Source: Phoronis australis (taxonomy: Eukaryota; Animalia; Phoronida). Taken from it: 64,000 nt of DNA. Below are positions 1 to 12,100 of this stretch, piece by piece. The stretch lies in the NCBI GenBank assembly GCA_002633005.1, contig NMRA01000273.1, positions 253,555 through 317,554 of the forward strand. Reading direction: 5' to 3'. The position numbers and the translations under genes are program-made. The number at the start of each line of letters is the position of its first letter. Position 1 is the stretch's first letter. The notes under the pieces are model-generated. The model did not search any database. It was not told the origin of the DNA and saw only the letters and a list, made by a program, of their open reading frames with translations.

Positions 1-110
1 TGTGAGTTTAACAATACACCACTCAAATGTCATGTTACAAATTACAAAATTCACACATAGCTAAATATATATATGCACATTTTTACAATTTAAGAATAAT
101 CATGCCCTAC

Positions 111-3100
111 CTGTATGGTCTCATCACGCCCAGCCACCTTTTCCACCTGTTTTGCAAGTCTTGCTTCATACTGCTCCACGGCACTCTTCAATGTGTTGGC
201 CGTTTCTTTGAGGTCATCAAACTGACACGTGATCTCTGCTAGCTGACTGTCTAATTCCAACTTCTGACAAGTCACTGTGTCCAGTTTTGACTGCATTGTC
301 ACTAATTCGTCTTCGCAACAACTCAGTTTCTCCTGCAGGTAAGAACATGTATTCAAGTGATATTGGGATGCATTACTTATAATAACAAACAGGGTTACAT
401 CTATGACAAGTCCAAATACACACCAACAGTAATATTGAGGACACCCAAAACTGAAACACTGGCAAACAACTAGATCACTCGAGAAGTCGCAAGTGACAAT
501 AATGTGCTAAAAATAATCTTTAGCTCAGTCAGCTAAAGCTTCATTAATTTAAGATCCTTCCTAAACTTCCCCAATTTCAGATTAATTGTCTAGTCAATAC
601 TAATATGTACTAAATATACACTGGCCCTTTCCAACTATACCTGAGCAGCGTTGACATCACTTCTCATTGCGTCCCTCTCCAGTTCCACTGTGCGCAGCTC
701 CTGCTTCAGACTCTGGCACTCGGCCACCACCACATCATTGGCGCTGCCCTTAGAGATCTGCTCCTCAATGAGTTCCTCCAGATCCTGTGACAAGTTCTCG
801 ATGCGTACATTCGCCACCTCTAACTTATGTTTCAGATTGTCTCGCTGGAGCTCAAGATCCTTCTGGCACTCCAACAGTGTTGAGCACTCTTCGACAAGAG
901 CAGTAGCTTCTTCGGTCTTCATAGCAAATGCTGCTTGAAGTTCCTTATAGCTGGCCGTGATGGTCTCAAGATCCTTCTTGCGCTGACAAAGGTCTTCATT
1001 TACTTGCTCATTGATTTGTCTCAGTTCAGACAACGCGGTGTTCCGTGTCTCGCTGTCGCAGTCTCTGGCTTGCTTCTCTTGTTCCAAACGCTTCAAGTCA
1101 CTATCCAAATGCTCATAAGACTGCTTGAGTTCAGAGTGGACGTACTCTAGGGTTTTGTGCTGCTTCTCAACTGTGGTAAGCTGCTCCCTCTGCTGTGAAT
1201 TGGCAACCTGTAAACATCGATAATGAAGAAATTCAAAGAGTTAGAAATTAACATGCAAGTGCATTGTTGTCTATCATTTTTGACAAGCTAGGATATGGAC
1301 TGAACTGAACAACACAACAGGTAAAACATAGACTATGGAAGGAAAGACATACAACAAACAGGAGACAACGGAAAAAAACAACTGTACCTGTTAGGGCTCA
1401 AAGGTCAATATAGAAAGTATAAAGCAAAAGGAACAATAAAAGGAGCCTCCTTCTAATTGGAATATTTAAACACATTTCTGTCCAACAAGATTTTACCGTG
1501 GCATTATGTTACCATGGCAACATACCATGATGAACAGTTATATATATATATAGTTTTGTTGCTAGGAAACTGTCGAAAGTAACAGGCACTCACCTGCAGG
1601 TGGTCCAGTTGAGTGGAGAGCTGACTCTTGACTTCCTCATGCATGTCACATCTCTGCTTTACATTCTTGCACTCAATAGCTGCTGCTACCAGTCTGGCTT
1701 CTAGCTGACAGTTCTCTGCATGCATCTCATTTAGTCGATCGTTCAACTTACTTCGCTCCTCCTCCAGCTTTTCCACATTCATTTCACGCTCTCTTTGCTG
1801 TGCCCTCTCGTGGTCGGCTTTGAGATTGCTAAGTTCTACTGCCGAAGATGCCAGCTGCTCTTGCAAATCATTAGTATTTGCTTGCAGCTTGGCAATATTT
1901 TCCAAAAGGGATTCCTTTTCCTTCTCCAAAGACACTACTGCAGCATCACTCTGCTGCTTTGTGAACTCAAGTTGCTCAACAATGTCAACTTTTTCAGCGA
2001 CAGCCTTTTGGCAGGCATCCTTCTCATCACAAATATCTCTGGCCATTTGCTCCAGCTTAACGCACTTCTCCGTCAAATCACTGACCGACTCCTTCAATTT
2101 TCCATTCTCAGCATTCAATGCTTCAATGCGAGTTTCCAAATCAAACCGTACATCCTTAAACTCTTTCTCTGAAGTGCACAACATGTCAACTTGTTCCCGA
2201 TTGTCTTCTCGCAGTCTCTCAATGCGCTCGGTAGCATTCTCCACCCTTGCCTTAGTCTCACACAATTCAGTCTCCAGCTCCCGCACTCGATGTCGTTCTT
2301 TTTCGCATACAATATTTGCTTCATTTAGCTCAAGTTTCAGACAGGCTATGTCGCTGTTCTCACTCTTCAGCCTTTCATTGTTTTCATCCATCACCTGCAG
2401 CAACTTCCCCCTACTCTCCTCCACCAGTTTCTGAGCACATTCAAGCTCCTGCAGCTTTGTGCTGAGGGCAAACGAATGCTCGTCCGCCAATGCTTTCAAC
2501 TTTTCTTCAAACCTGCCTCTCTCATTTGCATGACTCTGCTCCATGTCAGCAATTTTCTTAAGCTTATTGGCAACTTCACATTTGATTTCGCTAAGCTCTA
2601 ACTCCAGCTTCTGATTGGTTTCATAGTGTCTTTTCTCAACATCACTCAACTCAGTTTCTTTTTCTTCAAGTGAAGTCATCATCTTCATGACAGCATCTTG
2701 AAGAGACTCCTTTTCCTTGGCAAAGGTCTCTTCAAAGCCCGCCTTTTCCTTCTCCAAGGCCTCGTAGTTTTCTGTCAATACTGAAATCCTCTGATTTGCC
2801 AGCTCACTTGCGCAATCAGCCTGTATTTTCTCATTTTCTAACTCAGCCAGTTTCTCATTTAGTTGTTTCTTAGCTGCTTCATGTTCACTGGTCATTTTTT
2901 CAATTACTAATGTAATCCTGTTATTTTCCGCTTCATGGTTGGCAATCGCTGTTTCACTTTCCCTAATCAGACTCTCTAGCTGAGAAATGCGAGCTTGTTG
3001 TGCATATCCGTCATTCTCGTTATTGCGGACGATATCAGATAAAGCTTCCTTTTCTGATTTCAGCTCAGATAGTTTTGTCAAATATTCTTCCTTCATCTTT

Positions 3101-6100
3101 TCAACACCAGCTTCCATTTCAGCATATTGTTGCTGAAGCTCTGCCACTTCACTACCCTTGCTCTGAACAGAGACCTCCAATCTGTCAATTGTTTCCTTTG
3201 CTAAGCGTAGCTCTCGTTCTTTTTGATCAACGGTGTCAAGATGATCTTTCTGAGAACAGCTTAACAAGTTGTCACGGCAGTCTAGGTCACTTGTCAGCTG
3301 TGTTATCTTCTCATTTAGTTGAGAAACCACAAGCTCCAGGTCACATATCTGGGACTCCCTTTCAGCAATGTCTTTCTCCATCCTACTTATTTTCTGATTT
3401 GCAACATCTTCATCATCCTTCATTTGGTTCTCACGTTTTGTCGCATCACAAAATTCTTGCTGAACTTTTGTTAATTCATCACTAACACATTTAGAGTGTT
3501 CCTCTGCTTCTCTTAACTTGGTCTCAAGGGATTTGCACAGTGTTTTAAGTTCTGCCATTTGCAGCTCAATGTTGCTCTTAGTGGTTACCATTGCAGCAAG
3601 CTGCTCATTCAGGCCTGAGTTAACTGCCTCCAATTCATTATGAGCTTTCTTTAACTGGTCGCACTCTTCAGTAGACACTCTCAACTTCTCACCAAAGTCT
3701 TCCATTTGCAATTTGTATGATTCGCCTTGGCTTTCCAAAAGGGCCTTTGCCTCAGTGGCATCTTTTAACTGAATGGTCACGGATTCCAAGTCTTCTTCGT
3801 TGTTTTCAAGCGCAAACTTTGCTCCAGCAAGTTCCTTCTCAACATGGCTCTTCTCAGTTTCCGTCATGGAAAGCTTTTCACGAAGGTCAGCGATCAGTCC
3901 ATCACGTTTCGCCACTTGTGATTCTTGACTGTCCAGCGCTTCCTTAAGACTCACTTCCTGCTCACTAAGCTTCACTGCCAGGACACTCTTCTCTGACGTC
4001 ACATCACTGACAGCCTGACTGAGGTCTTCGTTCCGAGCGGTAAGCTGTTCACACTCTTGAGACAACAGCTGTACCTTTGTCGTCAGGCGCTCAACCTCCA
4101 TTCTCAACTCTTCAATAGTTTTCTTGAGACTTTCATTTTCGCCACAAACAGCAGACATGCTATTGGTGCTACCACTTAGCTCCTGGTCTAGTCTGTCATG
4201 CTCAACCTTGGCATTCTGTAACTGTTGCTTTAGCTGATCATTATCCCTTGTCAACTGGCAAACTTGTGAAGTCAAAGACTCAATATCAGTTTTGCTCCTA
4301 GTTAAATCTTCCCGCATAATTTCAAGCTCAGTTTGGATTTCATTCTTCTCAACTTCTACATCTGCCAACTTGCCTTCTAATACAGACACCATGTCGGATG
4401 ACTGTTCAGCCTGAGTCTTGAGGGTTGCATGAAGTTCTGACATCTTGTTAGACAAGGAAGAATTTTCTGCTGACAAGGAGCTTAGTTGAGAAGTCACTTG
4501 TTTTAATTCTTCAGTTTTAAGTGCCATGTTCTGCTCCAGCTGATCTTTAGCCTGCTCCATCTGACCCTTCTGAGTTTCAAACTCAGTCTCTTTTAAAGCT
4601 ATTTCTCTTGTGAGCAAGTCCACCTTCTCTGTCTTCTCAGAAAGCACAGCCTCAGTTTCATTCAGAACTGTTCGGGTTTGCTCGACACTATCATTAGCCT
4701 GAGTATATTTTTCTTGAAGCCCATCTAGATCCCCTCTTAACGTTTCTACGTCACCGAGCAGTTGTTGATTATTACTTTCAATTTCTTCAAGTTTTGATGT
4801 GGCCTGTGACAGTTGCTTGGTCAATTCATCATTTACAGACTGTAACGCATGTTTATCTTTTCTTTCCTCACTCAGTCTTGCCTGAAGGTTATCAAGATTA
4901 ACTCTGCCAGCATCTGCAGACTGCTGCAATTCAACGTTTGCAGTTTCCAGCTGTGTAATCGTGGAGACAAGCTTCTGCATTTCAGCATTTAATCCTTTCA
5001 CCTCCTCTTCTAATGTACAAGTAAAATTTGTTTTTTCTTCAAGCTGCTGGGAAAGGTTGCTGCTCTTTGACATTTCAGACTCCATCTGCTCAGTTAAACA
5101 CTCCATGTCCTCTTTTGCATTTTCAAACTCAAAAGACAAATCATCAAACCTTTTCTGAATACTTGCAGCCTCAGCTTGAGAAGACTCCAGTTTCAATTGG
5201 CAGTCCGCAATAAGACTTTCTGATTTCATCTTGGTGTTCATTAATTCTTTTCCAACAGATTCCACTTCTGTTGAAAGTGATTCAATACGCTGTTGGCGTT
5301 CCTCAAGCTCTCTTTCTACTTGTTGTAATTCTTCAAGTTTAAGTGCCATGTTATGCTCTAGTTGATCCTTAGCCTGCTCCATCTGATTCTTCTGAGTTTT
5401 AAACTCTGTCTCCTTTGAAGCTCTTTCCTTTGTTAGAAGTTCTATCATCTCCGCCTTAGCAGAGAGTTCAGATTCAGTTTCAGTCAGCACTGCTTGAATC
5501 TGTTTGGCATTATCTTGCGCCTCAGTGTATTCTTTGTGAAGATTGTCTAGATCCTCTTTTAGCTTTTCTTTTTCACCAAGAAGTTGTTGATTACAACTTT
5601 GAACTTCTTCAAGTTTTGAAGTGACCTTTGACAGTTGCAATGTCAACTCATCATTTGTAGACTGCAAGACATCATTATATTTGCTCAGCTCATCCAATTG
5701 TGCTTGTAAGTTTTCAATATCAACACTGCCAGCATCAACAGACTGCTGCAATTCAGTATTTGTTGTTTTCAATAGTTCAATCTTGGATACAAGTTCCTGT
5801 ATTTCAGCTTTCAATGTTTTCGTCTCCTCTTCTAAAGTCGATATAAAGTTTGTCTTCTCTTCAAGCTGCTGGGAAAGGTTGTTGCTCTTTGACATTTCAG
5901 TCTCCATCTGCTCAGTTAAACACTCCATGTCCTCTTTTGTGTTTTCAAACTCAAAAGACAAATCGTCAAACTTTTTCTGAATACTTGCAGCCTCAGCTTG
6001 AGAAGATTCAAGTTTCAGTTGAAAGTCTGCAACAAGATTTTCTGTCTTCTCCTTGGTGTTCATTAGCTCTTCTTGAATTGAATCTACTTCCATTGAAAGC

Positions 6101-9100
6101 TTCTCAATACGCTGTTGTCGTTCCTCAAGTTCTCTTTCTGCTGATGCCTGTTTATCTTCAACGGATAAAAGAGCAGTTTTCTGGTTTTCTACCTGTTGCG
6201 ACAAGCAATCAATTTTGGCCTGGTGATCCATTTCTGATTGCTGCATTTTCTCAGTAAGGAAGGTTACCTCTTTCTGTTTCTCATCCAGTTGCAACTTTGA
6301 GCTCTCAATCTCCTTTGCGCTAATCTCATACTCTTCCTGTCTCGTCTTCAGCATGTTTACCAAGTCCACTTTCTCACTCTCAACACTGATCTTCTCCTCC
6401 AGAAGAGCTGTGTAGCCCACAGTTGCCTTTTCCATTTCACTGTGTGACAGCTGCAACAGCCGCTGTGTCTCCGCCAGATCATCCTTCAGCGACTTACTTT
6501 CACCCTTCAACTCCTCAATGAAGGCACAATGGTTTGTGCGCTCCGTGACCATTTCCTCAACCTGGTGCTCCAAGTTAACCAATTTCTTATCCATGACATC
6601 ATTTTTTTCAACAAGGGAAGATTTTGCTTGCTCAACAGTATTCATTTGTTTCTTTAATTCGACAATTTCAGACTTTTGTATAGCCTGCAACTGCTCCAGG
6701 CCACCACATTTCTCTTTCATTTCTTCATATGATGATGTCATCTTAGCCAGCTCGCCCTTCTGTTTATCCAAAGCTGTTGTCAGATCTTCATGGTCCTTCT
6801 GCTTGCCAAGCAGATCCTTTTGGGCTTCCTTCAACTTTGCCTCTAGATCAGCGATCATGTTCTTACTACTCTCCTGTGCATCCTTAAGTGAATCGCTCAG
6901 TTCCCGAACGCGGTCTGACAGTTTCTCATTAGCTCCCTTGACCTGTTGCGCCTCATTGTTGACACGTTCGACATGCTGCCTGTGCTCGTTCAACTCTGTC
7001 TTCATGCTGGCAATCAGCTGTTGAGCCTGCTCCAGCTGAGCCTTGGAATCAGCTGTTTGATTCTCCAACTTGGCCACGAGGCCTGTCTTCCTGTCCAAGT
7101 CTGTTTGCGCTTCCTTCAGCTTGCTCTCAATGGTGTTCTTCTTCGACTCAGAATTCTCAAGCTTCAGCTTGAGGTCTGCAATGACAGACTTTGCCTTCTC
7201 CTCTGCAGCCTGCAGGCTGTCAAGTTTTTTGGACATCTCTGTGATAGTCGACTCCTTCTCTGCGCACAGTTTCTGGTTGGACGTCTCCATGGCCGTGTGC
7301 TCCTTCTTCATCTTTTCTGCTGACTGCTTCAAGAGGTCACACTGCTGGTTTACCTGAGTCAAGCGTGCGTTCAGATCGTCCACCACTCGGCTCTTCTGAT
7401 CAGCTGCCTGATTGGCTTTCTCTAGCTGAGTCTGCATGCTGGCCAATTCTTTTTCGAGATGTGACAGCTGGCTTGAACTTTCAGACCGCTGGCTCTTCAG
7501 GCTGGATTCCATCTGCTTGATATGGTCCTGGGCTTTACTGAGTCTCTGGTTGATGGAGTCTTTCTCCCGTTTCATGTCATCAACACAGACCTGTGAACAA
7601 GGAACAAATACCAATTTAGTGAACATCAAAAGAGACCCAGTTTATGAACAGTTATGACCAAGAAAGCCACATTTAAATTGTTGTGCCTTTATTACAATTT
7701 TTAATTGACTACAAAAAATATTAGCTCAGATAACTCCATGGGCATTATACCTGGACATCATGACAACCCAACAATGTTCAATGCAGGGTTTAGTATTATC
7801 CAAATTCAAAATTAAATAAGCATTCATAAAAACATTACATGGTCCATTTGTTGCTTAAAATCTTTTACATGGACTTCCAAATGAATCTATGGCCCAAGAA
7901 CATGCATTATACAGATGCTCAATTTCAGAGGTTCAGAAGCCAAAATTCCAATCAACGTCAAACTGGTTTGCAAATCACATGCTACGAACAAAAATAGTGT
8001 ATGAAACTGGACTGGATCTGGCCTATACTCGACTCATTTTGAAACCTGCCTCCAAAGCCGACACCAGGTGGCACTGAAAAAAAATCCTGACCCAATTCAG
8101 CTGGCATCAGGTGATTTTTTTCCTTTTGAAATAAAAATAGTGACATCAATTTTCAAAAAGAAAATGAAACAAATTATTTCGTTTTTGGCCCAAGGTTCTT
8201 TTTACAGGTGAACTGCGTTACAATAAACCCCTCCAGGGAATATTTTAAAACAGTCGTCTTTGTCAAAACTGGCTCCCAGAAAATGAACTTCTATACAATA
8301 AAGTTTCTTCAGGATTCATAGAGGTGGAATGAAACGGTGAACATCATAAACCAAGCACATTACAACATGGTTTGATGGTATCTTAAAAACACTCTTCTAA
8401 AATAAGTTCCACATAGTCAATACCTGTAATTTGGTGCACTCTTGTTGACCATTTGAAATCTCTCCATCCTTCTTGGTCAGCTCTGTTCTCAGTTTATGTT
8501 CTTGTCCCTCCAGTTCAGTCACTGACCTCTGCAGTTTCTGAATCTCTTCACACTTCTTGTCAACAACAATTTGCCTGTTGTCCAGTTGGATCTGAAGCAA
8601 AGAACAAACAGTAAGAAATTCAACAAAACCAGCAAACCAAACAACCAGGGCAATTTTATATAAAAGTACTTTGAACATCACATGTTGGACCTATGATATG
8701 TAAATGCATGCACCTAGTCACATGGGGCTCTATTTCAGTTTCTGTTACCGTGTGAGACTTGAATCAGATTACATTTACTAAATAAAAGGGTTAACACCTT
8801 GGTGGCATTCACATTAGCTTAGTGAACAATTTGATTTTGCATCACGGACATCACACATGGCTGTGAGCTTATATTATTAAGTACAAATCTACCATTAACC
8901 CACAGAAATAGAAAAAGGCTAAGTCCAAATTATCGAAGCAGACATCAACATCTGCCATTATCTACCTGTAGATTTTGCAGGTCTTTTGAAATTGCTTCGA
9001 CAGCTGCCTCTTTCTCGTTCTTGGCAGTCTTAAGTGTGCTCTCCAGTTGCCGCAGTTGGTCTTTCATGGCACTGATCGCAGCCTCGTGTTCAGCCTTCAC

Positions 9101-12100
9101 TCTGACCAATGCCTGTTCACTTTCTTGCCACTTACACTTAATAGCGTCCAGCTCAGCCTTGGTTTCACGGAGTGTCTGAATGGAAGACATAATATGGAAG
9201 TTACTTAACACGTAATTGCTCATTTGGAGCAGCAAACTATTTAATAATTTGAACATGCACCTGCAAAGTCTGAGTAGATGATTGTTTAATCTGAACACAA
9301 ACCAGCTCAGTTTGAATAGTGAGCAGCTCACTTCAAACACACACACCTGTTCAGTAGGAGTAGATGGCTGATCATTTTGAACATCCACCACTTGACTTTG
9401 AGTAGGGGACTGTTAGCTTTGAACACACAAGGCTTAGTCTGACTAGCAGACTCTTCATTTTGAACAAGTTCTTGCTTAGTTTGAGTAAGGGTTTGTTCAT
9501 CTTGAAGACACACGTGCTTAGTCTGAGTAGCAGACTGTCCACACCTATACAAACCTGGTCACCTATTGCCGGTGCACTTTGCAGGGTGCTCGGCATATCA
9601 TTGGCATCCATCAGATTGACCATAGCAGGCGGTGCAATAAGGAGAGGCTGGGAAATGGTTGATTGGGCTGGAAAGGTCATGTCAATCAGAGAGTCCATCA
9701 GGTTGACTGGTGGTTTTGTGGTGGAGACAGAGTCGATGTCCATGTCCAGGAGGTTAGCCACAGGTTGGCTGGGTGCATTAATCTGTTCCAGCTGCTTGCG
9801 AAGTGACTCCTACATGAAGAAAAAACAACAGCTGACCTTTTAGCATGCCTCACTAATGACACAGGCAACATGTGGATCACTTCGTCAGTGGCACATAATT
9901 GCCATGAAAAAGCCATAGTTCATTCCAAACACTCAGACCCAGTGATCTCTGAGTGAACAGTCATACACCACATAGAAATCACAAAGAATCATGTTGTGGG
10001 GTCAAAAATTATTTTCTTCAAATCACATTTGGTGTTCTTCTTCTTTGCTTGAACTGAAATTGATTGCTGCAGTGAAACTCCAGAAATTCTTCTGAAACTA
10101 ACCCACTGTGACCAAGAAGCTGATTTCTGAAATATCTGCGCCATACTGAAATTCTATAACCCACCAGATGGCAATCATGTCCTTGGTGGACAGAAGTTCA
10201 GCGCCACCTACAGATCCCATGTAATGCAGACGGGAGGTTTCAACCTAGTGGTATCAACAGTATCTTGCTATCGTAGTGCTGCCAAATTTCACCTGGTGTG
10301 CGTTGGGATAGACTAATGGCTTATGGAACAAGAGCAAGGTTGATATACGCCCACCGCTAAAATTGCATATTATTCTGCAGATACAAGTGACGGTTATAAA
10401 GACCATGCAGAGGGTTTAGGAGATACAGCCATGGACGCAAAAACAAAATGCTCACTAGGAGGAGCCACTGTAGTCGGAGTTGTCCAAAAATCATTGTCAG
10501 CCATCCTCTTCCCAGTAGAAACAAATCATTCAATTTTTACAATCAACCTTACAGTGGTTTGGCTATAGAGGGGCAGATGACAAAAAACAGACTCTAAAAC
10601 AGTAAAAATGGCTACTAGGTGGCGCAAAATATGTCGAATCCATTTGAAAATGTGAAGATGGTGCCATCTTCCTAACAGATTTCCTAATTGTCAAATTTCA
10701 TGAAAATCCGTAAAGGAACACTGAAGATACAGAGACAAACGTAAAAACCTAAAATTGCCACTAGGGGACACACCGCTAATCTGATCTGTCCACAAAAGAA
10801 ACATATCTGCAAAATTTCATATATCAAGGGGTTTTGGATATACAGCAGCAGACAGTGGATGAACAGAGATAACGGCAAAATGCGCCCACATATAAATGTG
10901 TAGGGGCATAAAAAGGCAAACTTCTTGAAATATCCACAGATGAAAGACATCATGTCTCATCAAGCACTGCTACAGATTATCTTTCATAGGGGGAAAAATA
11001 TTAACCCACAAAGCACCGACACTTCTCCCCCAAGCTAATCAAGGGAGCTGTGTTTGTACAACTACTATAAGTGTACCTACTTTCTCTGTCTCCAAGACTT
11101 CCATTTTCTTCTTCAGCTCTTCCATCTCAGACAAGGAGTTGCTCCTTGGCTTCACCTCCATGTCATGATCATTGTTCCCCACTTGATGCTGAAGTACTCT
11201 TACCTGGAAATAACCACAGGACTGGAATACTGCTACATAAACAGCATAAGTACTATGGGCAGTTTAGCTGACATTTTAGTACTGTTTCTAAGAGACCACT
11301 ACCGTAAAACCTAGAATAAAAGGCCATGGCTTCATATTCTAAAATAAGGCAGAGAACATAAGACGATGGCCTTCATACACACCATATTATGCAGTTGTTA
11401 GAGTTGTTATGTAACCCCGTGTTTCACAGGCTACCCTCCTGCTACATGCTGTCAATTGACAATCCATGTGCACATACCTTGTCGTTGAGTTGTTCAATCT
11501 GCTTGCCTTGATGGTTACAGTTCTCTTGTAGTTTGCTATAGTCAGCTGACAACTTCTCGTGCTTCTGTATTGAGTCCAGGTGTTCATGCTGCAGGTGCTC
11601 TAACTCATTCTTCAGCTTTTGACCCTGCATACAAATATAGTCCACTGTTAATAGCTTAGATTAGTTTTAGTTTTATTGAAGGCGAATATTGTGCAACACG
11701 GAGCGGTGTCTAATGTCCACGTAAAGAATGATAAACAGCAAAGCTATGAAGACCACTCACTATTTCAAACACTTCAAGAGTAGCCAAGATTAATTGGCAT
11801 CAGTCGACCTGGACACCAACCTTACAAATCAGGCAACACGAGCACTTGACAACCACAGCACCAAAAGGAAAACAGCTGGAATTCTTAGAAATATGCTGCT
11901 AGTGACCCACACTACATACAATCACTAGCAGGAATATGTCATGTGAAAAGATAAGCAGCACATATCAAACAGGCAATTCAGAACAGGGGAGATACCCAAA
12001 TAAACAGGATGGTTTTGCTCTATTTTCTGATAAAGTGTAAGAAAAGAGAAACAATTCTGATGAAAATAAGTGGAAAATTGTACCCCGCACTGAATCCATG

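Noticed and set aside
1504-7629. 2041-aa ORF as a stand-alone gene (golgin, myosin or SMC-like)
   Set aside because: It is bounded by splice sites at 7590 and 1594 and joins in frame to CENP-F N-terminal exons. No motor or ATPase motifs.
651-7657. Many plus-strand Ser/Phe/Leu-rich ORFs
   Set aside because: They are antisense shadows of the E/K/Q-rich coiled-coil exons.
9328-9552. 74-aa ORF with TQT motifs as a current coding exon
   Set aside because: The repeat frame is broken by frameshifts and stops, and splicing 9555 to 9175 already gives an open frame. Kept as a finding about intron origin instead.
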